From NCBI GenBank assembly GCA_040954595.2, contig CM082591.2, positions 1,229,882 to 1,293,881 on the forward strand: DNA of 64,000 nucleotides, in the 5' to 3' direction. Source of the DNA: Balanoglossus misakiensis (taxonomy: Eukaryota; Animalia; Hemichordata). The number at the start of each line of letters is the position of its first letter. Position 1 is the stretch's first letter. The notes beneath the pieces were generated by a model, which was not told the DNA's origin, did no database searches, and worked only from the letters and a program-made list of their open reading frames with translations. Shown one piece after another: positions 40,742 through 52,324 of the stretch. A program made the translations under genes and the position numbers.

Positions 40742-43739
40742 TTAAAACGGCACGTAACGACCGTGGATGCTGCTAACATTAAACTCCCACCCGCACTAGT
40801 GCTATTACGGTATATTCAGCATCAGCACCTTGTGAGAGCCACTCGAAATTCTTGTTTTTTCTCTCTTTATTCTTCATTTCAACATTTCAATCAGCAGATG
40901 TTCTGCTAGTTTCGAACAAGAGGTTTATTAATTTCCCTGAAAGAAGGGTAATCCTATGCTGTAAGGAAAGTAGCAGTTGTCAAAACTGGACTTATAAATC
41001 AGTTATAGCCATCACAAAATGAACAGAGAAAAAGTACAAAAATGTAGAGTAAAAGGTTGAATAATGAATAGTAATGAAAGAGAAACAAGAGTTTCCCAGA
41101 CTCTCACAAAATATTTAAAGTTGTCATATTGGAAAGAGGCTTATTAGATATGTATGACATTATTGTATAGTTTGTATTTACTAAGGGAATATATTGTATG
41201 GCTGTTTAGTTTCTTACATATTTCATTGTGAAAAATCTTTTACCTTCATACCATGTAAGTCTTGTATAAAAATGATACCTGAAAAGTTTCTCTAAAAGAT
41301 TTGTGTTAAAATGTAATCTGCTGTATTAAAGCTGCACCATTTAAATTTCAATAATGAACATGCAATGTAAAATTGCAAATGCATAAATAATATTTGCATA
41401 AACCATAAGAGAAAGTTTGAATCAATATCTTTGAGCAGGAAACCATGTGATCACACAAGGAGAAACTTGAATGTTAAGAGCAATGTTCGTCAGAGAATAT
41501 TGAACTTTTGTATGTTTTGTGAGTAATTTATTTTTTAAACACTCCAAACATATTACTTGCCCATATTGTCTAGTCGATCACTCTCATAGCACACAGATTA
41601 TGTAGTGATTTCTGAATTCCCCATTTGACATGACTATTTATCTGTTATATATCCATAGCATTAAACTAGACTCTTCTAAGTTATTGTAGTGGACACATGT
41701 CCTGACACCATTTGCATATTGATGGCAAGAGAGGCTGATAAAAGGCTATACTTACCGGTATTTCAGGCAAAGAAATGCGTGACAGGATGAGGGGCATAAT
41801 TATAATTATTTCAACAAGTGACTAGACAAACAATGTCCCTTTGCAGAAAGATCCACGGTTCTCAGTGACCCATTAGGCTGAAAACAATACAACAGATTAT
41901 TTTTTGTTGAAGTAAACATTCGCTGACTGTCTAGGGCATATACCTTGTCATGTTCAAATCTATTCATTTTGTGTACAATATAAACTTGAAAATTGTTTTG
42001 TCTTATTTACCGGTATGTACAAGATGATGGCAATCATCTTGAGCACGCAAATGACTGACTGAAGACACAGTTTGATAATTATGCACCACACTCTGATAAT
42101 AGACACTGGTAGAGGCAAATCAGCATCATAAATTATGATTGGCTATTTTATTGACTGATAACCAGAATATGAGATCACCATCCAATCAGAGCCTCTGTTA
42201 CATCAGATGTTGGTGATGGCTTTGGAAATGCGTGTTAGATTGAAAGACATAACATTCTCTGATTGCCAGTAAGAAACCACTATTTGGTGGGTTTCATGCA
42301 TAAAAAATAGTTTACCTGATCTCATACATTAATGACGTCTCCTTTTTTTCAGAATTTTGTTAACAACTTCAAAACTTTGATAGTATACTTGTATATTCTC
42401 TGTATTATCGTGACATACACATACAGTGACAACTAGTTTATTAAAAATATGTCTAGTCAATTTTATGTCTACAATTTTATGTGTACAACTGGGCAGTTCT
42501 AGCTGGTTGTACTCAGATCACTGTTCCACATGCAGTCACAGGGCTTCTGAAAACCATGGCAACAAACTCAAAAACTGCTTTGACATCATGATATCAACAT
42601 TATGAATAACCTGCTTAAGTTTGTAAATAAGTCACCAAGGAAACCATGAAAATTAGGTACTATTAACACCTGAAGTTACAGTGAGGTTGTTGAAGAGTGT
42701 AAACACCTTTAGAAGTAAAACTACAGACGACGTGCCCCAATAAATGGCCCAATAAATCCTCAGATTATTGATACTAGCTGTTGCATTCTATTGTTGGCAT
42801 GCATACAACATTAAGTAGTCTCCTTTTTTGGACGTACCACAAACTGAAACTTGGTGATAGCGAATGAACTTTGACCTTGTCCTGACTGTGTCAATATGTA
42901 CCAGGGTACAACCCAAATCACATGACAACCCGCACGCAGTACTCCTGTATGCCCATAACTGAACTCCGGGATTTTCTGCTGATTTTGCCTGATGAGAATC
43001 AACTTCCTCCAAAATTTGTGGATCTGTGCATTTATTAATCTACCTGGAAACAAGCCGTGTCCTGTGGGAGGTTCAGCTGCTCTGTTACAGCCGTCAACAG
43101 GTATATTGTTGTTTGAAGTTGATCATTTCAAAAGTGCAGGTCCGATTAGTCCAACCCTAAAATTCAACGCACTCTATAGTTCAGACATTTCTTGATTTGA
43201 ATATCTGAACAATTAATTTCCTTTGCTTCATACACTCCAAACTTCTGTTTTAATGTATGTACACTGTTGAAGACATTAGAACTTTCATATATGAACTTCC
43301 ATTTGTTCAACATCCCTGGCAGAATATTATAATCCCTCATTTTGTAATTCTGTCGACCACTGTATGTGAATTATTATTTAGTCAGGCCACTTCCCCCAAC
43401 TATTCTGTCAATCACAGTAGGACATGATGCAACATGCAGACTATGGTTAATATTTAATCCTACATGTTGTGGCCTGGCTTTACACCGACTGTGACCTCAT
43501 TTGACCTTTAGGGAGCTGCTTTACAATGTCATATCAATCACGTAGTATAGATTACGCAGTCAGAAGAAACTTCATGAATATGTCACAATATTTTAAAGGT
43601 GATACTAATTACATGCTGTCTCATATTATCATGACCGTAGATGCAATTGTCATTAACAAGTTTTCCCTGAAACAAACTTCACAGTCACCTACAGCTGTTA
43701 TACTGTATACTGCTACTTCTTCCCAGCAGGAATGTAATT

Positions 43740-46700
43740 ATGTTAGAACCATCTGCAGCACTGGTTGTATTAAAATCATGGGACAAGGAGGCAAAGACCT
43801 CCCAACCAACTCAAGCTATAATCAAACATCTCCAAGAAAACACACTCCAGTCTGAGAACGTTTCTGAATTCCTTTGTACTACCCTTGATGTTGAAGTGAG
43901 TGAAGAACAAAAGAAAGATGCAGAGAGTGTTGATGCTACTTTGATCCCAGCTGTAAGAGACAAGAGATTGGATCCTCATGAAGACCCCCCTGCAATAAAC
44001 TGGCTTGTTAACCATGATACATACTTCCCAGGACTGAAGGAACTGAAAAACATCCAACATGTAGTCGGATATTCTCCACAGACACACAATGCAGCCAAAG
44101 CAATTCAAGAAAGTCTCTTCCCTGAAGCCAAACTTCATCAACTCCAACTTCCCAATCCACCACCTGTGGCAGCATTAATGGTCATGCAAACCTGGCAGAC
44201 AGAATCAGAAGATCAGACAACAACACCAACTAACAAACTTGTCACTGAATTTCGAGAAGAAAAACTAAAGCCAGATGAAGTTTCTGAAATCAACTGTACT
44301 ACCCTTGAAGTTGAAGTGAGTGAAGAACAAAAGAAAGATGCAGAGAGTGTTGATGCTACTTTGATCCCAGCTGTAAGAGACAAGAGATTGGATCCTCATG
44401 AAGACCCCCCTGCAATAAACTGGCTTGTTAACCATGATACATACTTCCCAGGACTGAAGGAACTGAAAAACATCCAACATGTTGTCGGATATTCTCCAAA
44501 GACACACAATGCAGCCAAAGCAATCCACGAAAATCTCTTCTCTGGAGCCAAACTTCATCAACTCCATCTTCCAGATCCACCTCCTGGAGTATTATTTGTG
44601 CATGACGACTGGAACAAAGAAGACTGTGGCTTGACTGGGTTTCACAGAACTCTCGTACAAGATTTCTGTGCAAGAAAAGTCAAAGAAGAAACACCTGTTA
44701 ACGCCTACTCCACATTTGTTGGTGTCAAAGTCAGTGACGACCAGAAGGCAGATGCTGCCAAATGTGGGGTTAAATTGATTCCAGCACAACAAGAAGAAGA
44801 AGACAGAACTGCAGAGCCAGAAGAAGATCAGCCACATTTAAAATGGTTGACGAAATATCATGAAACCTACTACCCTCACCTCAGACAGCTACAAAACATC
44901 AAGTATGTTGTTGGTTATGCTCCAAGAACTGCATTTGCTGCTGCAAATATCAGAAAAAAAGTGTTTCCTGATGCAAAACTTGTAATGATCAACCATGCCT
45001 ATGAAGAACGCAACTGTCTGTTGAAACTACCTCCAGGAAAGTTTCGTGAAATGATGCTGAAGCTGGCCAGTGAAGCTGACATCATATTTTCAATTGGTCC
45101 AAGCATGTTTGCACACTTTGAAAACCAATACCGAGCAGAATTTTCTGGAAAGCAACTTTTCAAGATCCCTCATGCAGAGATTCTTCCAAAACCTGCAGAA
45201 GTCTTTTTCAGAAAAGACACAACCATACCAGAAAAAGTCACTACACAAAACATACTGACGTATGGCCAAATTGATACACAAGAAGCCTTGGACAGGTGTG
45301 AGACACTGGCAGCTGCTATTGGAAGCGCAGCCAATACGCTGAAAGATTTTCACCACAAACTTCCTAAGTGGTCAATACAAGGAGCTTCTCCACAAGCAGG
45401 TAAGGCTGAACTGAGGCATCTTCAAGACCAGATGAAGAGTCGTGATGTCATCCCTACACTCTACTCAGGTTACTCAGCAACCACTTTGTCAACATCACTT
45501 CAACAATCTCACAGTTGTCTTCCTGTCTCTGTCTACAAGGACTATCCATATAGCGGTTTAGAATCTATAGCAGTTGGACTACCAACCTATCCTGATAAAT
45601 ATTCCCAGCTTGGGGAGTTAGTCAAGGAATACTTTCCACGCCACGCATACAGATTTGTAGTGTCAGACTCATCTGATAAGATTTCAAAGAAGATATTATG
45701 GAGTGTCCAGAACACCAGGTTAGCTTTTGAAGAAGCTAAGGAGCTGAAGGAGGCTTTCATGGAGAGTGAAGATGTTGATAAGAGTTATGCCACATTTGCC
45801 AGTTTGTTGACACCAAAGGACAGACAAAATGTAACAGGTATGTACAGCGTACACTTTTAGTAAATTATATCTTGTATCTATAAGTTAATGATACATACTG
45901 GTAATTGTTGCTTTATTTTTTAACTTCAAGAGTAAATTTGGTCAAATAGTGAAACCTGCACTGACAACTGCATGCATCACTGAGATACCATCTTATTTCC
46001 AAAAAGTAAACTGAGTTCTGTTGTGCCTACAATTTCTCATTATCTGCAAATTACCATTTAAAAACCTGTTCATTTCTAAAGTAATTAATTTTAAGTGACT
46101 ACAGATATTAGTAAAATCGAGTGGAGTGGTTGGGAGTAAGTAATAAAGCAGCTAATCCTACAAAACATACAGTGTTGATTTCACAAGCTAAAGCACGTTC
46201 TTTCTCCTATCTTCAGCTGACACAAAAATTGCAATCCACGTCCAACTGGATGAAACTGCCTATCAGCAACATCTAGCAGAAAATGAGGGCCAGAATGAGG
46301 AAAGGCAACAGGCAGCATCTACAGCTTGGAACAACTCCAAACAACAGTTGAAGAGAAGAGCATCTGATGTGGTATCCAACAGTGATGACACTGAGAAAGT
46401 CAAGAAAGCCAGCACTGAGAATTTGGGTGAAGTGGAAATAACCAATATGAGATCAGAGTCTCTGCAAATCGCAGCAGACATGCGTAGACTTTATAATCTC
46501 TACAGGTTGCGGGGAAGCTGTCTTGAAGATTCAAGAAGTTTAGCCAAGGCATTAGAACCAATCTTGATGACAGATGAAATGACAGAGGCCAACACAGCTG
46601 GAATTCCACTAAAGTTGATAGCTACATATGACCAAGCCAGGTTTGATGAACTGGAACTATTCTTTCTGAACAGTAAGTTTTTCTTGTCAGATGAGATGGT

Positions 46701-49700
46701 TTGCCATAAAACTATATTGATTCAACCAAGAAACAATACTAATTCAAAGAATAAGAGAGTATGGATTGATCACTTAATACTGAATTAACACAGGTGATAG
46801 ATTAAGATTATGATTAAGATTTGATTAAGAAGTTTGTTATTTTACATTTCTATAAAATGAAACTTGTTAGAGCTGTGACTCATATTAGATAATTTAAGTC
46901 TCATGTATTGCAAATTTTTTTAACCCCAAGAAACTTTCAGAGAAATAAAATTATGCAAATCAAAATCCATTGAATTTTTTACTGACTTTCAGGAGATGGT
47001 GGGGGAATAGGGCCATTGAAATTATATGGTGACAGCGTAGAAGAGGGAAGTGTTGATGAAATACTGAATCAGGTATGCTTAGATGTTAGTTGTAATGCCC
47101 AACATTTAGCTTATCAATGCAACATATATGTGTATCAACACTGTTATTATGCAAAATTTGAATTCAAGTCCGGACTAGAATTTATTTGTCAACAATAACA
47201 ATGGTTGTTACACACATACAGGATATCTTGACAAGCTGAGTACTGAATACCTTGCTGTTTGTAGTAGGACAAGATATTGCATTTGGTACACAGAACAAAA
47301 ATACCGAAAATGAAGCCAGTTTTACAGCTTATGTCCCTACAACACATGTAGCTATGTTCAACAGCATACTTTGTCCACAACTTCACACACGCAGGGAAAT
47401 TTCCAAATAGTAAATAAGTCTTTACTATTTTCAGTGACGTTTACATGTTGATTGATGCCTAGCTGATATGGCTGTGAGAAGGATATTGAATTGTTTGGCT
47501 GTTTCTCTCTGGGAACTCTTAACAACATCACTGGGATAAACTCTTGCATGGCTCAAATATTTGATATCCACTATGACTGTCTATTGAAATTCATCTAGAT
47601 TTGGATTTGATATATTCATTTGTTTTAATTTTAGATTGAGAGAACACGCCTGACTTCACCAGGGGAGGAAACAGAAAAAGATTCTGACATTGAAGAGGCT
47701 GCCATGAAACAAAGTGAGTGATTTAATTTGGTCAAGAACTGGTAATTTATGGGATTCTAGTCCACATTGCATGGTTAATCTTTTAACTTCTCTGATCCAG
47801 ATATGAATAATAATCAAACAAAACAACAGCAGATATTTTGGTTGGAACACATTGGCCACAATTTTGAAAGGAATAATGATACATTACATTTGCATGCTGC
47901 ACTTAAGGTGTCATAAAAATTCAGAAATTTTAATTGATGTTTGTGTTAACTTTCCGACTGTCACAAATGCCAGATCGGGACAAGTGAAATCTTTAAAAAG
48001 TTAATTTGTTGAAAGCTATATCCAAATCGACAAAATTTTGATTAATACAATGCCCTGACTTTTCTTAACCACAGGGATGACATAAGAATGTTTTTGTTGT
48101 AGTCATCTAGTTATGGGTTGTCCAGTAAAAATAATATTCTACACTGTGCACCATTTGTTGTTTCTGCATCACCAGCTTGATCTGATAAGGGCCGGATTTG
48201 CCAAGACTTAAAACCTGATTTTGTGTATCAAGGCAATTCCCAGCAAACTAATGGCTCTAACAACGTTTATAACAAAGAATTGGGCTGGGAGTGTGTTGAC
48301 ACACACATGACATGTCTTAGAAATAGTTCGAAACAGAAAAATGACAAAATTGAGCTTCATAGCTTTATTCTTTTTCATTTCAGATTTGGCAGATGAAATC
48401 ACACTGCATGGCAGACCAATTATTCATCCCATACCAGCTGAATCTATCAGCTTACAAGCAAAAAGCTTACTGCCCTTTGAAGCTAGTGCAAAGCAGCTCA
48501 AAGAACTAAAACAACTGTTGGATGGGGCCCTGATAGAGAAGTCCAAAATTCAGACTGAGTCAGTTGAGAATAAGAGAAAGCTAGTTGGAGAAATCACTAA
48601 ACTGCAGACTGAGTCAGTTGAGAATAAGAGAAAGCTAGTTGGAGAAATCACTAAACTGCAGACAGAGAAAATGATTTTAGAGAATCAGTTGAAAGAAGCA
48701 CTTCAGGAAAAGTCACTCTTAGAAGAGCAGTACAAACAGAAACTTGCAAGTGATGAGAAAGTAGCCGCCACACAACTTTCCCTGAAGCAAAGATTGAAAG
48801 AATTAGACCATAGAAACATCCAAGAGTTGGAATCTAAACTTGAACAACAAGAACAAACCATAACTGAGCTAAAGTCAAAATTATCCAAAATTCAGGATGA
48901 TCAATCTGACACTGCAGAGCTGCAACTCAAAACTGCTAAAACTCTTCAACTGGAAGAAGATGCGAAATTGGAAACTGAACAAGGTGAGATTGATATAAAT
49001 CTGCTTCGATTATTCCTGCATCAAGAAACCCTTGGTCAAATAAAATCTTTCAGCTCACATAGATTATAAAAAAATGCAAGTTTTCATTGTTGTAAGAATT
49101 ATAACCAAGTACATGTACTTAACATTTAATTTCAAATATTTGTAGGCAAACTCACTTCATCTGATGTGCCTCTCAAGAAAGATCATCAACGATAGTATAG
49201 CTATTGAATGGTTAAATAAGATAGTCTTTCATGTATATTATAGTAAAGCTGTCAAAAAGAGACAAAATAAATTTCCTCCTAGCTATATTGCAGAGAAAAA
49301 GAAATAGTTCAAGAAACTCATGGTTACTCTGGTTGCCATGGTTATTTGTCACTGTAAACATTGTGTAGAAAAACTACCCCTTAGTAGTTAAGTTGTCATA
49401 GCAATGATTCGTTTCTTTTGTAATATGTTTTCTCTTGTTAAAATGAACAATAAAACACTAACTTTAGCATTTTCCTAATGCATTTCAATACAGCATGTTT
49501 GACCTTTGACCTTTGTTTCACCTAACAGGTCACTGGTCAATGAGGACACTGGATGGCAAAAGTCCAAAGCCAGGGCGAAGGTTTAATGACCCATGTGGTA
49601 TGGTGTTCCGTGGTGACAAACTGGTGGTGTGTGACCAAGGCAACAGGGTTGTACAGATACTGAATCAAGATTACACCTGTGACAAAGTCTTGGGAAGTTT

Positions 49701-50346
49701 TGATGGTCAGTTTGCAAAGCCATTCCAGCCACAGCATGTATCTGTCTCCCATGACAACATCTACTTCATAAGTGATGATGGAAATTCTCAAATTGTTGTT
49801 TGTGATCAAAACAATAAAATTCTTAGAATAATTACTCTACCTGCAGGCGTCCTTGCTCGGGGCATCGCTCTACTGAAAGGATTTGTTTTGGTCATTGATT
49901 TCAAAGGTCATCGGCTACTCAAGTACACCCAAGATGGTCAGTATGTTGCAAAGGTTGGTGGTCCGGGTCATGGCCAAACACAATTCCTTAACCCATTCTC
50001 TGTGGTGGTCAACAGTAAGAATGTCATCATGGTGTCTGACAGTGGCAATAACTGCATCAAGTGTTTTGATGCTGAATTGAAATTCTTGTATCAATTTGGT
50101 GTGAAAGGTTCAGGTCCTGGTCAGCTGTGGGGTCCACGCAGCATTGACGTCGATGACGACGATAATTTGTTTGTGACTGATCATGAAAATGCTAGGATTG
50201 TGAAATGGAGATTTGATGGAGAGTGGATCTGTCACTTATTTGAAGGTGAGGTGGGACACCCTCGGTTCCTTGCAGTCAGCGGTGACAGAATTGCTGTTAG
50301 AGAGTATAAATGCCACCAAATCAAAGTATTCTACAAGCAGACATAA
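43740..50346 (+). CDS. Multidomain protein: 2 partial + 1 full GT-B (GT4-like) glycosyltransferase-fold units, TRADD-N-like domain, coiled coil, C-terminal NHL beta-propeller (~1376 aa; true start uncertain)
   Basis: In-frame exons: 43740-45837, 46217-46672, 46993-47072, 47635-47713, 48384-48983, 49529-50346 (4131 nt). GT4-like motifs: VLFVHDDW..GLTGFHRTL, KLVMINH, EADIIFSIGP, SGLESIAVGLP. The heptad-rich exon is 48384-48983. NHL repeats: FNDPCGM, FLNPFSVVVNSKNVIMVSDSGNNCIKCFD, LWGPRSIDVDDDDNLFVTDHENARI. Confidence 0.75.
43860..44580 (+). repeat. Intragenic tandem duplication, 420-bp period
   Basis: 43860-44160 and 44280-44580 are near-identical; both encode VEVSEEQKKDAESVDATLIPAVRDKRLDPHEDPPAINWLVNHDTYFPGLKELKNIQHVVGYSP. 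Confidence 0.95.
48551..48663 (+). repeat. Exact 54-bp in-frame tandem repeat in the coiled-coil exon
   Basis: cagactgagtcagttgagaataagagaaagctagttggagaaatcactaaactg occurs twice (QTESVENKRKLVGEITKL x2), followed by cagac. Confidence 0.95.
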
Positions 50347-51172
50347 ACATCACCATGAAATGCATGTCCACACAACATCAAAAACTGTGAAATTTGGGAG
50401 AAAATTTAGAGGCAGCGTCGATGAATTTCCGACTGTTGTTGATTGCATGCCATGGCAACAAAGTTCAAACTGAACCCATGTCACTTTCACAATTTTTGGA
50501 GTTATTTTCCACATTTTGAAGAAAAATTCAGAACAGAAATTAATCGTAGGTGCAGTCGCTACATGTACTGAGTGTAGGCAAAATAAACTGAGGGTGTTTT
50601 GAGTAATTTTTGCAGTTTATTTTGAGGGACTTTGAGACAAGACTGTTTGAAACTGAATGCAATCCGTCAACTTGGCATGTAAACAATCAAAAATTGGGTT
50701 CTTTTTTCAAATTTGCAAAGACATTTTTGAAAGAAAAATAGTTCAGTTTACAGTCCCTTCATGTAACGAGTATAAACAATCCAAATCTGAGTCGTTTTGG
50801 AGAATTTTTACTCGTTTATTTGATGAATTTTGACATGGAGGGGTCTGAAAGTTATCATGTGCAGTCCACTTTCCATCAGATCTCCATTGCATCCGAAAGG
50901 ATGAAAGCGATTCAGCAATTTATGTGTGCAAAATGATTCTAAAAACTTACCTGTAAATCGCTTGATATATATTGTATTGTAATTTGTACATATTTCCATT
51001 CGATAGTCCAAAATTGTTGTTATTTCAAATATATATGAAGAAAGGATGTGCGAACGGTAATCTATTAGTTATACCGCTGGCGCACAATTCAATGAACGAG
51101 GGGGAAGCTTGACTTAAACGGCAGAGGCCGCTATGACTATTTCTGCTATCATTGACATACAGTAAAGTGTGT

Positions 51173-51619
51173 TTTCGTCAGCGTAAAATGTATGTATGAA
51201 CTTGGAGAAATATATATTCATTTTATTCATTTGAGGCATATATTTTACTCTTTATTGTAAATAATCATGTTCTCTATTTGATATTGTAAATATCACTCTG
51301 AAACATGGGTCCGAAATTAGCATATTTTTATCGTCGTATGTTCTTGAATTTGCTAGCAAGATAAACTTTTCACAAAGGTAAACTTGATGAAATGGGAACT
51401 GTAGTATAAATATTCTCGTTGCCTTTTTCACGTTGTTGAACATAGCAGGTTTTTGTCAGCGTAAAAATGTACATATGGACCTGGAGAAATATATTCATTT
51501 GAGGCATATATTTTAATATGTATTGCTCTCTATTTGATATTGTAAATATCCTGTTCTCGTTATGTTCTTGAATTTGCAATCAAGATCAAGTTTTCACAAA
51601 GGTAAACTTGATGAAATGG
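51173..51619. repeat. Diverged intergenic tandem duplication (two copies, ~51173-51395 and ~51450-51619)
   Basis: Shared blocks: gtcagcgtaaaa, ggagaaatat, ttcatttgaggcatatatttta, ctctatttgatattgtaaatatc, tatgttcttgaatttgc, ttttcacaaaggtaaacttgatgaaatgg. Confidence 0.85.
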
Positions 51620-52324
51620 TACCGCCAGATTTTCAGATAACACCATATCATTGTAGTGCTAGTAAATGACTTTTTGTGTCTAAATAAATTTAAATTTAAA
51701 CTGAAGCTGTTTTCATTAGAGACATGTTGTCTACCATCCATAAAGGAAATATCACTTGAAATTGTAACTGCCTTTTACACTTGCTTGTTATTTTAGATTA
51801 TGTACAGTGCCCTGCTGATAAATACCATAGGTCCTGATGTAGTCTGTATGCCTAGTAATAACAAGTGTATGTGAATATATGTACAGTTCTATGTACAAGG
51901 TATATGCATGCAGCAGTGCATCATGGGATGTTGTAGCCAGACACAAAAATACTGAGGTAAACAGCATCATTTTTCATCATGCAATATTTAATAACACGAT
52001 CATCATGTGACGTTATTAATACAACTTGTGTTCTATAAAGTTACACGGTGTGCAGCTGTTTTGTCTATATTGGTAATGTCTCAACATTCATGTGATCGCA
52101 ATTATTTAAAATCTGGTCTTTTTTTCTCTCAATCATGTTTATACATCAGAAATACCCTGACAAACACATAACACCTACATCACTATAGTTACATAAAACT
52201 CTTTTGAATACACATTAACACAGTGCACTACAGACTACAGTATTTTGTCAACATGGCAAGATATCTTCTGTGGCTTTTTGCTTGATTCATTCCAATGTCA
52301 GGTTGTCATGGAAACAGACCACTA

